Shown one piece after another: positions 28,890 through 39,105 of a DNA stretch of 64,000 nucleotides. The DNA lies in the NCBI GenBank assembly GCA_965250285.1, contig OZ252299.1, forward strand, positions 3,488,001 to 3,552,000, written 5' to 3'. The stretch's first letter is position 1; each line of letters begins with the position of its first letter. Under the pieces are notes generated by a model. The model was not told where the DNA came from. It made no database searches and saw only the letters and a list, made by a program, of their open reading frames with translations. Source of the stretch: Myxococcota bacterium (GTDB lineage Bacteria; Myxococcota_A; UBA9160; UBA4427). The translations under genes and the position numbers were made by a program.

Positions 28890-29558
28890 TTGACCGTGCA
28901 GAGCTGGATCCTACTCGGTGCGGTGCTCGCCGCGGTCGATCTGGCTTCGTGCGTGGCCTTTCATTCGAGCCAGCGCCGCCGCGTCGCCCGTCGCCAGCGA
29001 CGTGGTGGTGTCGACGTCGCAGTCGTGCTCTTCGGCGGCTCCCCTCACACGGGTGCGCTCGATGCGACGACCTGCAGGCGCCTCGAACGCGCGCTCGCGT
29101 TGCTGCGCGACGGACACGCCCACGCCGTGCTGTGTGCCGGGGGGGCGCGCGCACACGCCGACCACGTGGGCGCCCGGATGATGCGCGAAGGGCTGCTGGC
29201 AGATGGAGCCGATCCGGCGCGGGTTCACATCGATGCCGGCTCGTGGGACACGGAGAGCAGCTGGCGGAGCGTCGTCGCGGCGTGCCAGGCGCGCGGCTGG
29301 CGAACGGCGACGTTCGTGAGCGGGCCCGTTCAGCTCGCCCGAATCCTCCGGTACGCCGAACGCGACGGGGGGCTCGACGCGTCGACCGACGCGATCGATG
29401 AGGAGGATTCGATTCGGGCCATCGGCGCGCTGCGTTGGTGGCGCGGGACGCATCGGCGGCTCGCGCTCGCTCTGGTGGAAGGGCTGGTGCCGACGTCGAC
29501 GTACCGGCGTTGGGTGCGCCAGAGACGCTACGAGGCCGCGCCGACTAGTCGGCGCTGA
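28890..29558 (+). CDS. YdcF/DUF218 family protein
   Basis: N-terminal TM, VVLFGG, RRLERAL, CAGG, SWDT; motifs are degenerate. Confidence 0.65.
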   Translation: MTVQSWILLGAVLAAVDLASCVAFHSSQRRRVARRQRRGGVDVAVVLFGGSPHTGALDATTCRRLERALALLRDGHAHAVLCAGGARAHADHVGARMMREGLLADGADPARVHIDAGSWDTESSWRSVVAACQARGWRTATFVSGPVQLARILRYAERDGGLDASTDAIDEEDSIRAIGALRWWRGTHRRLALALVEGLVPTSTYRRWVRQRRYEAAPTSRR

Positions 29559-30969
29559 TGGCTCCGGGCGGCTTCATGTAGCTCGGCACCGACAATCCGT
29601 AGAGGTCGAGCAGGAACGGCGCCATGTCGAGCGTCGAGACCTCGGCCCGGTGATTGTTCGCGTACTCGTGCTGCGGGTCGTAGAAGATCAGCGTGCCCTT
29701 TGGGATGTGGTACGCCGTGCTGCCCGCTTCGTCCTGAACTTCGTTCACCGCGATCCCGAGCTCCGAGAACGTGCGCGCCTCGTCGCCGACGTAGATCGTC
29801 TCGTAGCCGGCGTCGAGATTCTTGCCCGGTACGTTCCAACCGACGAAACCGCCCTCGTGCACCGTGGGCTGGATCGTCCACTCGAGCAGTCGAATCGACT
29901 CGAGATACCGGACGAGCTCGTCGACGCGCTCCGGCGCAACAACGACGGCGACGCGCGGCTCCATGGCGTGGCGCTTCTCGAACTCGTCTGCGCCGAAACC
30001 GCCCGCTGCCATGAACTGCGTCAGGTCCCCCACCGTCACCTGATTCTTGACGACCGCCGACGACTCGGGCCCCTGGCCCATGCTCGACGAGATCATCACC
30101 CGGTACTCGGGGTGCTTCTCGGCGAACGCGACGGCCCGCCCATAGAAGTCGTCGGCGATGTCCATCGAGAAGAGGATCTCGCTCGAGTAGCGGGCCACCC
30201 ACTCGTCGTCGAACTCCATCTCGTCGCTGTCGAACTGTTCGGGGAACGTCGCGGCCCAGTAGCGATGCATCGACGACGCGACGTGATTCGTGAAGACGTT
30301 GCAGAAAGCGGGCTGCGTCTTCTTGAGCAGGTGCATGAAGAGGTCGTAGGCGACGACAGGCTGATACGAGCGACGCCGGATCTTCTTCCACGGCGTGCGA
30401 CGCTCGTCAACGAGGTGACGAAGCACATCGACGCCCGTCTTCGGCCTCAGGCCGATGAAGGGCGCGCGTAGGAGGAACCCGAGGGCCGATGCCCAGTCGA
30501 TGCCCGACTGGACGTTCCGGCCCGACGCGCGGGTCATGATCAGGTTGAATTCCTGGAACGACTCGAGCGACTTCGGCCAGCTGCGCGCGTCGCCGGCGAA
30601 GGTGTCAGGCAGATAGAACGCGTACTTGTCGAAGTCATCGGGGAGCGGGTAGCTGTTGAACGGACCAAATACGCCCGTGCTCACACCGCCATCGGCCAGC
30701 AGCGACCAGATCGCCGGGTACTCGTGATTCACCTCGGACAGCACCTGCCCGATGTTCTTGATGCCGTGCGTCGTCTCGGGGACGCCGCGATGGTACGTCG
30801 ACCACGTGCGCCAGGGCGCGAGCGGCATCGAGTCGGGGGAGACCGTCGTGTACTGCTTGCAGCGACCGATCGTTCGGGCAATCAGCGAGTCGGGGCGCTG
30901 GGCGCAGTAGTAGTCGAAGATCTCGTACGGGACCTCGTTGAGCTCGATCGAGATCAGCTTTCGTTCCAC
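29545..30969 (-). CDS. Hypothetical protein, possibly alkaline-phosphatase/phosphodiesterase superfamily
   Basis: Long ORF with coding-like codon usage; IELNE, PWRTWSTYHRG, NHVASSMHRYW, YHIPKG; GAGGAG RBS. Confidence 0.6.
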   Translation of the reverse strand: MERKLISIELNEVPYEIFDYYCAQRPDSLIARTIGRCKQYTTVSPDSMPLAPWRTWSTYHRGVPETTHGIKNIGQVLSEVNHEYPAIWSLLADGGVSTGVFGPFNSYPLPDDFDKYAFYLPDTFAGDARSWPKSLESFQEFNLIMTRASGRNVQSGIDWASALGFLLRAPFIGLRPKTGVDVLRHLVDERRTPWKKIRRRSYQPVVAYDLFMHLLKKTQPAFCNVFTNHVASSMHRYWAATFPEQFDSDEMEFDDEWVARYSSEILFSMDIADDFYGRAVAFAEKHPEYRVMISSSMGQGPESSAVVKNQVTVGDLTQFMAAGGFGADEFEKRHAMEPRVAVVVAPERVDELVRYLESIRLLEWTIQPTVHEGGFVGWNVPGKNLDAGYETIYVGDEARTFSELGIAVNEVQDEAGSTAYHIPKGTLIFYDPQHEYANNHRAEVSTLDMAPFLLDLYGLSVPSYMKPPGAISAD

Positions 30970-31389
30970 AGCCCGGTCTCCTCACTGGCGTGGGTAGGTG
31001 GCAATCCCGACGGGATCGGTGACGCCCGAGTGTGCGTCCTCGCGCGATGTGATCGGCCTGGGCTCACATCCAGCTGAGCGCGACGAGAACGGTTGCGCGA
31101 CGCGCGTTGGCCAATCCGACCACAGCGCCAGATCTTACGAGCGGCCCTGCGTGCTTGTAAAGCAGCATCTCCCATCGGCAGATCGGGGGCAAAGTGGACG
31201 ACCCTTCGCTCGGACGACGTGTCTCCTTGCCGGCGACCCACCCGAGGGGTCGGACGGGTCCATCGATCGGTTTGCCTGTCCGGGCGCGGTGCGGGTCCGT
31301 CGCACGCTCGTCATCCGTTCTTGCGCCTCGCTTGACCGAGCCACGGGGGCGGCTGCCGTACCCTTCGGCTGCCCCCCCGCGGAGTCCGC

Positions 31390-32283
31390 ATGCGGCCGAC
31401 GCGAAGCAACCTTCTGTGTGCCTGTCGATGCATCTCGATCTGGATCGGGATCACGACGGCGGCCGTCGCGGGCGACGGTCGAGAGACGCCGGCGCACCTC
31501 CTGGCACCCCGTCCGATCGAGCTCGAGCACCCGATTCACGTCGACAGCGTGGTCGACGGCGGCTCACTCCTGGGCGAGGTGTGGAGTGTCTCGCCCGCCC
31601 CCTTCGAGACGGTGGCCGCCGAACTGCGTCACCCCGAGACCTGGTGCGACATCGTGACGCTCCACCTGAACGTGAAGGCGTGTGTCCACGAGGTTCGCGA
31701 CGGCCAGCAGTGGATCACGATGTTCATTGGCTACCGCACCTTCCAGACGCCCGAACAGGCCCACCCGCTGGTCGCGGTGCTCGACGTCGACGAGGTGCCG
31801 GGTGAGCTGCGCGCGACGCTCCGCGCCGCCCGAGGCCCGTTCGGCACGTCGAATCATCGACTCGATCTCACCGCGAAGCCCACGGCCGATGGTCGAACGC
31901 GCCTCGAGTTCGACTTCACTCAGCGCTATGGCTGGTGGGCCAAGCACGCCATGAAGGTCTTCCTCGCCACCTGGTCGCGACATCGGGTGGGCTTCACCGA
32001 GCTCGAGCCGGGGCGCTGGGTGCGGGGCTTCGAGGGGCTCATGGAGCGCAACGTCGTCCGCTACCACCTCGCGCTCCAGGCGTACCTCGAACATCCCCGA
32101 GACGGCCTCGCCGCGACGCGGGAGGCCCGCTGGGCTCGGTGGTTCGCGCTCACCGAGCGTCATCCTCGGCAGCTCCGCGTCGTCACGCGTGAGGCGTATC
32201 TCGAAACGATGCACCGCGAACACGCCGAGCAGATGCGGCTTCAGAGCGCCGTGTCGAGCGAGCGAGTGGCGCTCGCGCACTGA
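31390..32283 (+). CDS. Hypothetical, probably secreted protein
   Basis: Signal-like N-terminus; WCDIVTLHLNVKAC; coding-like codon usage; start uncertain. Confidence 0.6.
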   Translation: MRPTRSNLLCACRCISIWIGITTAAVAGDGRETPAHLLAPRPIELEHPIHVDSVVDGGSLLGEVWSVSPAPFETVAAELRHPETWCDIVTLHLNVKACVHEVRDGQQWITMFIGYRTFQTPEQAHPLVAVLDVDEVPGELRATLRAARGPFGTSNHRLDLTAKPTADGRTRLEFDFTQRYGWWAKHAMKVFLATWSRHRVGFTELEPGRWVRGFEGLMERNVVRYHLALQAYLEHPRDGLAATREARWARWFALTERHPRQLRVVTREAYLETMHREHAEQMRLQSAVSSERVALAH

Positions 32284-32301
32284 CGGGTCACCGGTGACGA
32301 A

Positions 32302-34119
32302 TCAGTCGCGATGCTCGAAGGTCAACCCCTCGAAGCGTCCCGAGCTGCGCCACTTGTCGATGTACTCGAAGTACGCCACCGGCCCCTGCGGAAAGCCGGA
32401 GAGCCCCAGCCGCTGTTGGCGCTCGATCGGGCCGCCCTCATTGTTGTAGTAGCCGGGCGTGCAGTCGGGGTTGCCGAGGAAGGCGCCCTCGTTCGATTCG
32501 AGCAGCGCGACCCAAGCCTGCTCGGCCTCGCTCGTCACCTCGACCTCGTCGGCGTCGGTATCGATGGCGTGGCGCAGGATCGCCGCAATCGTCGAACCGG
32601 CCTCGGTCAGGTTGTGGGTGATGTTCGAGATCAGGTTCGCTCCCTGGCCAGGACCGACGATGAACAGGTTCGGGAAGCCGTGCACGTGGATGCCGTGCAG
32701 GGTCTCCATGCCGTTCTTCCAGCGCGCAGACAGGTGCATCCCGTCGCGACCCACCGGGTCGAAGCCGGCCCGACGGTCGTAGTCGGTGCCGACCTCGAAG
32801 CCCGACGCAAAAATCAGGCAGTCGAGTTCGTAGTGCTGGCCTCCGACCCAGACACCGGCCTCGTCGATGCGCTCGACACCCTTGCCGCTCGTGTCGACGA
32901 GGTGCGCGTTGGGTGCGTTGTACGCCTGCAGGTACTCGTCGTGAAAGCAGGGACGCTTGCAGAGCTGGCGATACCACGGCTTGAGCGCGGCTGCGGTGGC
33001 CTCGTCCCCGATGATCGAATCCACGCGGGCACGGATCTCCTCCATCTTCTCGTCGTCGCTGTCCTCGTAGGCCTTCTGCATCAGCTCCGGGCCGAGCTGT
33101 GCCCCCTCTTTCCCCAGCTCGGCAACCACTCGGTCGCGAATGCGCTGCGAGATGTCGGTCCAACCATCCTTCACCAGATCTTCGTCGGCGAAGCCCCCGG
33201 TCTGCAGCGTCGCGAAGTTGAGCAGCCACTTGCGCTGCCACCCGGGCTCGAGCGCATCGAAGAAGTCGTCTTCGATCGGGTGGTTGTTTCGCTCGTCGAT
33301 GGACGAAGGCGTGCGCTGAAAGACGAACAGCTCTTGCGCGTCCCGCGCCAAAGCGGGGATGCACTGCACCGCGGTCGCGCCGGTCCCGATGATGCCGACC
33401 CGCTTGTCAGCGAGCTTCTGCATCGGGGCGCCTTCGTAATTGCCTCCGGTGTAGTCGTAATCCCAGCGGCTCGTATGGAATGCGTGGCCGCCGAACGTCT
33501 CGATGCCCGGGATGCCGGGAAGCTTCGGTCGGTGAAGCGGCCCGGGCCCCATCGTCACGTACTTGGCGCGGATCTCGTCACCTCGGTTCGTACGGATGAT
33601 CCAGCGCCCGATCGATGCGTCCCACTCGAGGCCGGTCACCTCGGTCGAGAACAGCGCGTTCTCGTAGAGCCCGAAGTGCTCGGCGATGCGCCGCGCGTGG
33701 CCATAGATTTCGGGGGCGAAGACGTACTTCATCGACGGCTTGTGCCCCGTCTCCTCGAGCAGTGGCAGGTAGATCATCGCCGCCGTATCGCACATCGCGC
33801 CGGGATAGCGGTTCCAGTACCAGGCCCCGCCGACGTCACCGCCGCCCTCGATCAGACGAACGTCGTCGATCCCCGCCTCCTTCAGTCGGGCACCGACACA
33901 CAGCCCCGAGAAGCCGGCGCCGATCAGCGCAACCGTGACCTCGTCACGAAGCGGCGCGCGCTCGGCCTTCTCGACATACGGGTCATCGAGGAAGTGCGCG
34001 AAACGGCCGGTCGGCTCGATGTACTGGTCGTTGCCGTCGGGCCGAATGCGCTTGTCGCGCTCTTCGGCGTACCTCTTTCGCAGGGCGTCGCGATCGATCG
34101 TCTGAGCAGGGGTCGTCAC
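32302..34119 (-). CDS. Type I Baeyer-Villiger monooxygenase (PtlE/PntE-like subgroup)
   Basis: GAGFSG, GGAWYWNRYPG, fingerprint FGGHAFHTSRW, GTGATAVQ, CKRPCFHD, CTPGYYNNEG. Confidence 0.93.
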   Translation of the reverse strand: MTTPAQTIDRDALRKRYAEERDKRIRPDGNDQYIEPTGRFAHFLDDPYVEKAERAPLRDEVTVALIGAGFSGLCVGARLKEAGIDDVRLIEGGGDVGGAWYWNRYPGAMCDTAAMIYLPLLEETGHKPSMKYVFAPEIYGHARRIAEHFGLYENALFSTEVTGLEWDASIGRWIIRTNRGDEIRAKYVTMGPGPLHRPKLPGIPGIETFGGHAFHTSRWDYDYTGGNYEGAPMQKLADKRVGIIGTGATAVQCIPALARDAQELFVFQRTPSSIDERNNHPIEDDFFDALEPGWQRKWLLNFATLQTGGFADEDLVKDGWTDISQRIRDRVVAELGKEGAQLGPELMQKAYEDSDDEKMEEIRARVDSIIGDEATAAALKPWYRQLCKRPCFHDEYLQAYNAPNAHLVDTSGKGVERIDEAGVWVGGQHYELDCLIFASGFEVGTDYDRRAGFDPVGRDGMHLSARWKNGMETLHGIHVHGFPNLFIVGPGQGANLISNITHNLTEAGSTIAAILRHAIDTDADEVEVTSEAEQAWVALLESNEGAFLGNPDCTPGYYNNEGGPIERQQRLGLSGFPQGPVAYFEYIDKWRSSGRFEGLTFEHRD

Positions 34120-34241
34120 GCAGGGTCTCCCGGGCGCATCGGGGAATGAAAGATCCTACCGAGCCACACGGAAAGCCGCCGCAAGGGGAAGCCCGAACGT
34201 CTCCTATGAGAAACGCCGGAATTCGTCCGCATTGCGACGCG

Positions 34242-35204
34242 TCAGCCCAGGACCTTCGCAGCGATCTCGCCGAGCAGATGGATGCGCTCGGTCAGATGAC
34301 CGTTCACCGGCAGATCGACGGTCACGCCGTCGAGCCCCTTCGACACGGCCTGCTCGAGCGCCTCGCCGACGGTGTCGGGATCGCCCGAGATCAGCTGGCC
34401 CTTCGCGGCCTCGACGACCTGGTCGTTCCACCCCTTGGCCTGCGCCACAGCGGCGTAGTCGGCATCGAGCTCTTCCTGAGTCGGCGCAACCGCGACCATC
34501 ATGAGCTTCGTGACCGTCACCTCTTCGCGGTCACGGCCGAGCCGCTCACAGTGGCCGGCCAGCGCCTCGAGCTTGCGCGGGACCTCGTCCGTCGCGCAGA
34601 TCAGGTTCGACTCGTCGGCGTACTGGGCCACCATCCGCAGTGTCTTCTTCTCGCCCGAGCCACCGATCATGATCGGGATGCGCGAGATCGGCGCCGGCTG
34701 GTTGGCGGCCTCGGTCACCCTGTAGTGCTTGCCGGCCAGCGTGGGGCGTTCGTCGGAGAGCATCGGCTTGATGATCTGCAGCGCCTCTTCGAGCTTCTCG
34801 AAACGCTCGCCGAAGGTGCCGAATTCGAAGCCGAGGTCGTCGTGTTCCTTCTGGAACCAGCCTGCGCCGATGCCGAGCGTCGCCCGACCATGCGACACGT
34901 GGTCGAGGGTCGTGAGCGTCTTCGCGAGCAGCGCCGGGTTCCGATACGAATTGCCGGTGACGAGGGCCGAGAGCCGAACCCGCTCGGTGTGCTGCGCGAG
35001 GGCCGAGAGCATCGCGTAGCACTCGAACATCGGTTCGTCGTACGCGCCGATCCCCGGCAGCTGATAGAAGTGATCCATCACGAACACACGGTCGTAGCCG
35101 GCGGCCTCGGCAGCCTTGGCCTGCTCGACGACGTTGTCGAAGATCGCAGCGGGCGCAACGCCGGGATACGTGAAGTTCGGGATCTGGTAGCCGAGTCGGG
35201 TCAT
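34242..35204 (-). CDS. LLM-class, probably F420-dependent, oxidoreductase (Rv1855c-like)
   Basis: MDHFYQLP, LVTGNSYRNPALLAK, GIGAGW, IGGSGEKKTLR; GAGGAG RBS. Confidence 0.88.
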   Translation of the reverse strand: MTRLGYQIPNFTYPGVAPAAIFDNVVEQAKAAEAAGYDRVFVMDHFYQLPGIGAYDEPMFECYAMLSALAQHTERVRLSALVTGNSYRNPALLAKTLTTLDHVSHGRATLGIGAGWFQKEHDDLGFEFGTFGERFEKLEEALQIIKPMLSDERPTLAGKHYRVTEAANQPAPISRIPIMIGGSGEKKTLRMVAQYADESNLICATDEVPRKLEALAGHCERLGRDREEVTVTKLMMVAVAPTQEELDADYAAVAQAKGWNDQVVEAAKGQLISGDPDTVGEALEQAVSKGLDGVTVDLPVNGHLTERIHLLGEIAAKVLG

Positions 35205-35331
35205 GCCGAGCTCCTCTGTCGGGTGGGGGTAGGACGGGGTCGCACGCGCACGCTGCGACCTCGATCCATGGATGCCGTCGCGGGCGCGCCGTCGCGCGCC
35301 CCGCCGACATGACAGCGGGCCTTCGCGCAGA

Positions 35332-36630
35332 TCAGCCCTTGGGGTGCACCCGCACCTTCATCTCGTGGTAGCCCTTCACGAACGCGCTCTTCACGCGGGT
35401 CGGCGGCTCGACCACCTCGATGAAGCTGAAGCGCTCCATGATCTCTTCCCAGAGCACACGCAGCTGCATCTCGGCGAGTCGGCTGCCCATGCAGAAGTGC
35501 ACGCCCCAACCGAACGAGAGGTGCTTCTTCGAATCCTTGCGGTCGATGATGAAGTCGTTCGCGCGCTCGATCGCATCCTCGTCGCGGTTCGCCGAGACGT
35601 ACCACATGACCACGCGATCGCCCTTCTTGATCTGCTTGCCCGCGAGCTCGGTGTCGCGCGTCGCGGTGCGCCGCATGTGCGCGAGCGGCGTCTGCCAGCG
35701 GATCATCTCGTCGACCATCGAGGGGATCACGCTCGGGTCGTTGCGCAGCTTCTCGTACTCGTCGGGGTTCTCATTGAGCGCGAGGACGCCGCCCGTGATC
35801 GAATTTCGCGTCGTATCGTTGCCGCCGACAATCAGCAGGATCAGCGTGCCGAGGTACTCGAGCGGCGAGACGTCGGGAGCGACATCGGCCGTCGCCTCCG
35901 AGTTCGCGAGCGCCGAGACGAAGTCGAGCTCGCCACTCGCGGGCTTGTCCTTGCGTTCGTTCCACAGGTTGGTGAAGTAGGCGAGGCACTCGCGTAGATC
36001 GCGCTCGCGGTCGTCGGGCGTCTTGCCCATCTCGGCGAGCTGCTCCTCGCTCACGGTCGTCATGTCGGACCAGTACGTGAGCTTGCGACGCTCCTCCCAC
36101 GGAAAGTCGAACATCGTCGCGAGCATACCGGTCGTCAGCTCGATCGAGACGCGATCGACCCAGTCGAAGGTCTCGCCGACCGGCAGGCCGTCGAGGATCT
36201 CGCAGACGCGCTCGCGGATCAGCGGCTCGAGGCGCTTCAGGTTTCGCGGCGAGGCGACCGGCTGCACCGTCTTGCGGTGGCGATCGTGTCGCGGCCCGTC
36301 CATCGAGATGAACCCGGCCTGCAGCGGAAACTCGGGATCGGGATCGGCAATGACGATCGAGGGCTCCGAAGAGAACGTCTCGGGATCCTTCTCGACGGTG
36401 ACGATGTCGTCGAACTTGGTGACGGACCAGAACGGACCGAACTCTTCGTTGTCAGCGCAGTAGTGGACGGGGTCCTCCTTGCGCAGCCGTTCGAAGTAGC
36501 CCCAGAGCGTGTCGGTCTCGAACAGCTCGGCATCGGAGACATCGATCTTCTCGAGCGCGATCGAGTGCGGATCGACCCCCGCCTGTCCCTTCGAGGGAAA
36601 CGGATTCGTCGTATCGGTGGCTTCACTCAT
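35332..36630 (-). CDS. Cytochrome P450, CYP153-like
   Basis: LLIVGGNDTTRNS, EMIRWQTPLAHMRRTA, HLSFGWGVHFCMG. Confidence 0.92.
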   Translation of the reverse strand: MSEATDTTNPFPSKGQAGVDPHSIALEKIDVSDAELFETDTLWGYFERLRKEDPVHYCADNEEFGPFWSVTKFDDIVTVEKDPETFSSEPSIVIADPDPEFPLQAGFISMDGPRHDRHRKTVQPVASPRNLKRLEPLIRERVCEILDGLPVGETFDWVDRVSIELTTGMLATMFDFPWEERRKLTYWSDMTTVSEEQLAEMGKTPDDRERDLRECLAYFTNLWNERKDKPASGELDFVSALANSEATADVAPDVSPLEYLGTLILLIVGGNDTTRNSITGGVLALNENPDEYEKLRNDPSVIPSMVDEMIRWQTPLAHMRRTATRDTELAGKQIKKGDRVVMWYVSANRDEDAIERANDFIIDRKDSKKHLSFGWGVHFCMGSRLAEMQLRVLWEEIMERFSFIEVVEPPTRVKSAFVKGYHEMKVRVHPKG

Positions 36631-36910
36631 GGGGGACTCCGGGGTTGCGGCCGGGCGAGCCTGGATCGAAAGAAACGCGGATTGCATACGCTACCGCGGC
36701 TCGCGCGCGAGGCAGCACACAACGGTGTGGAAATCGTCCGGCGCCCGGGATTTCAGTTTGCGGGGTGTCCCCGAGTCGGGTGAATCCCCGGCTCGGCGTT
36801 CGCGCGAGCCCTCGCGCCGATCTCGCACGCAACGCAGCGCGTCGACGCCGAGTCAGGCCGGCAACGCTCCCCCGCCGCGCGGCGCGCGGGGGCATCGACG
36901 CCCCGCCCGG

Positions 36911-38155
36911 TCAGCCGAGGGCGACGTGCATCGACTTGATGCCGTTGATGAAGTTCGACTGCAGCCGATCGGGTGCACCCGCGACCCGGGCGCCGGGAAA
37001 CCGCGCCAGCCAGGCTTCGAACGCGACGCGCATCTGGAGCCGCGCCATGTGGCTGCCCGCGCAGAAATGGGTGCCGGTCCCGAAGGCGAGGTGCGGGTTC
37101 GAGGTGCGGGTGATGTCGAAGCGCTCGGGCTCGTCGAACACGGCCGGGTCGCGATTGGCGGCGCCGTAGTACATCACGAGCTTGTCGCCGGCGCGTACGG
37201 GCTGCCCTCCCACCTCGACGTCCTGCGTCGCCGTGCGACGAAACTGCATCACGGGCGTGACCCAACGCAGCATCTCCTCGATCGCCCTCGGCAGCAGCTC
37301 GGGCTCGCGCAGCAGTCGTTCGAGCTGATCGGGGTGGGCGCAGAGCGCCTCGAAGCCGCCCGAGAGCGCGTTGCGGGTCGTCTCGTTGCCCGCCACGATC
37401 AGCAAGAAGTAGTTCATGCCGAGCTCGAGATTCGTGAGCGGCGCGCCATCGATGTCACCGTGCACGAGATTCGAGAAGATGTCGTCGGTCGGGTGACGAC
37501 GACGCCGACGGGCTGCTCGGGCGGCATAGAAGAAGATCTCGAGCACCGCCAGACGCCCGCGCAGCTGACTGCTGACCTTCGGGTCGGATGAACCGATCAG
37601 CTTGTTCGTCCACTTGTAGAACTTCTTCGCGTGCCGGTCGGGCACGCCGAGCAGATCGGTCAGGCCTCCCAACGAGATCGGCGCCGACACGTCCTCGACG
37701 AACTCGCAGGTGCGCCGCCCTTCGAGCCGATCGAGCGCCTGGTCGACCCGCGCGCGCATCCGCGCCTCGGTGCGCCGGACGGCGCCGGGCTTGAAGTGCG
37801 GGTTCATCAGCTTGCGCAGCTTCGTGTGCCGCGGCGGATCCATGTGGATCAGCTGTTGCTGCATGTTCGCGAGATCGCGCGGCGGCAGATCGACCAGCAC
37901 CGACGTGCCGATCTCCGACGAGAACAGCTCGGGATGCTTCGATACGAAAGCGACGTCGGCATGGCGCGTGAGCGCCCAGTAGCCCGGGCCAGGGGGCGCC
38001 CCCGACGCGCCGACCTCTTCCTGCCAGTACACGGGCGCGTGCGCACGCAACCACCGGAATGTCTCGTGGGGCGGGCCGGTGACGAAGCTGGCCGAGTCGG
38101 AGAGATCGACGAGCGGCGGCGCCGGCGATCGAGCGGGTTCGGCGGCCTCGGTCAT
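36911..38155 (-). CDS. Cytochrome P450, CYP124/125/142-like
   Basis: MDPPRH, VAGNETTRN, EMLRWVTPVMQFRRTA, HLAFGTGTHFCAG; start overlaps the rbsK stop. Confidence 0.92.
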   Translation of the reverse strand: MTEAAEPARSPAPPLVDLSDSASFVTGPPHETFRWLRAHAPVYWQEEVGASGAPPGPGYWALTRHADVAFVSKHPELFSSEIGTSVLVDLPPRDLANMQQQLIHMDPPRHTKLRKLMNPHFKPGAVRRTEARMRARVDQALDRLEGRRTCEFVEDVSAPISLGGLTDLLGVPDRHAKKFYKWTNKLIGSSDPKVSSQLRGRLAVLEIFFYAARAARRRRRHPTDDIFSNLVHGDIDGAPLTNLELGMNYFLLIVAGNETTRNALSGGFEALCAHPDQLERLLREPELLPRAIEEMLRWVTPVMQFRRTATQDVEVGGQPVRAGDKLVMYYGAANRDPAVFDEPERFDITRTSNPHLAFGTGTHFCAGSHMARLQMRVAFEAWLARFPGARVAGAPDRLQSNFINGIKSMHVALG

Positions 38156-39105
38156 CGTCGATCTCCGGCGGCCGAAGGCGGGGTCGCCATCGTCGCGATG
38201 CGGGCTTCGATCTCGGCACCGGTCGGCGCGGCAGGTTGGGCGCCTTCCCGCGTGACCGAGATCGCTGCACCGGCGTTGGCGAAGGCGAGGGCGTCGGAGC
38301 GTGCGTCGCCGCGCGCCAGCGAGGCCGCAAGACATCCGGCAAAGACGTCCCCGGCGCCGGTGCTGTCGACGCAGTCGACCCCCTGCCCTTCGACATGCAG
38401 CGCGGAGTCGGCGTCGACCCAAAGCGCGCCCTCGGCTCCGAGCGTCACGACGACCCTGCGCGCGCCCTGTGCGCGCAGCGACTGAGCCGCACGCCCGGCC
38501 GTTTCGACGTCATCGATCGCGAGGCCCGTGAGCTGCGTAGCCTCGGTGACGTTCGGCGTCAGCACATCGACGCGCGCGAGCAGTTCGCCGGGCAGCGTCT
38601 GCGCCGGCGCGGGATCGAGCACGACCTGTACGCCGGCACCGTGCGCTACGTCGATCGCCGCCGCGACGGTGTCGAGCGGTGTCTCGAGCTGCACCACCAG
38701 CACGTCGGCCGCCTCGATCGCTGCGCGCTCCGCCTCGACGTGCGCCGGTCGCAGCGCCGCGTTCGCGCCCGAAGCGACGGCGATCGCGTTCTCGCCGGCC
38801 TCGTCGACGACGATGAAGGCGACGCCCGAAGCGGTACCGCTCGCTGTGACGAGGCCGCCCACGTCGATGCCCTCGGCCTCGAGGCCCGTGCGCGCCGCGG
38901 CGCCGAGATCATCGTCGCCGACGCTGGCGACGAGACGAACGTGGGCGCCGGCCCGCGCGGCGGCCACCGCCTGGTTCGCGCCCTTGCCGCCCGCGGCCCG
39001 CGCGAAGCGACCACCGATGACCGTCTCTCCCGCGCCAGGCAGGCGCGGCACGCGGACGATCATGTCGGTGTTCGAGCTGCCGACGACGACGATCTCGCCG
39101 CTCAT
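38152..39105 (-). CDS. rbsK: Ribokinase (PfkB family)
   Basis: VVGSSNTD, GGKGANQAVAAAR, QLE, PNVTEA, DSTGAGDVF. Confidence 0.93.
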   Translation of the reverse strand: MSGEIVVVGSSNTDMIVRVPRLPGAGETVIGGRFARAAGGKGANQAVAAARAGAHVRLVASVGDDDLGAAARTGLEAEGIDVGGLVTASGTASGVAFIVVDEAGENAIAVASGANAALRPAHVEAERAAIEAADVLVVQLETPLDTVAAAIDVAHGAGVQVVLDPAPAQTLPGELLARVDVLTPNVTEATQLTGLAIDDVETAGRAAQSLRAQGARRVVVTLGAEGALWVDADSALHVEGQGVDCVDSTGAGDVFAGCLAASLARGDARSDALAFANAGAAISVTREGAQPAAPTGAEIEARIATMATPPSAAGDRR

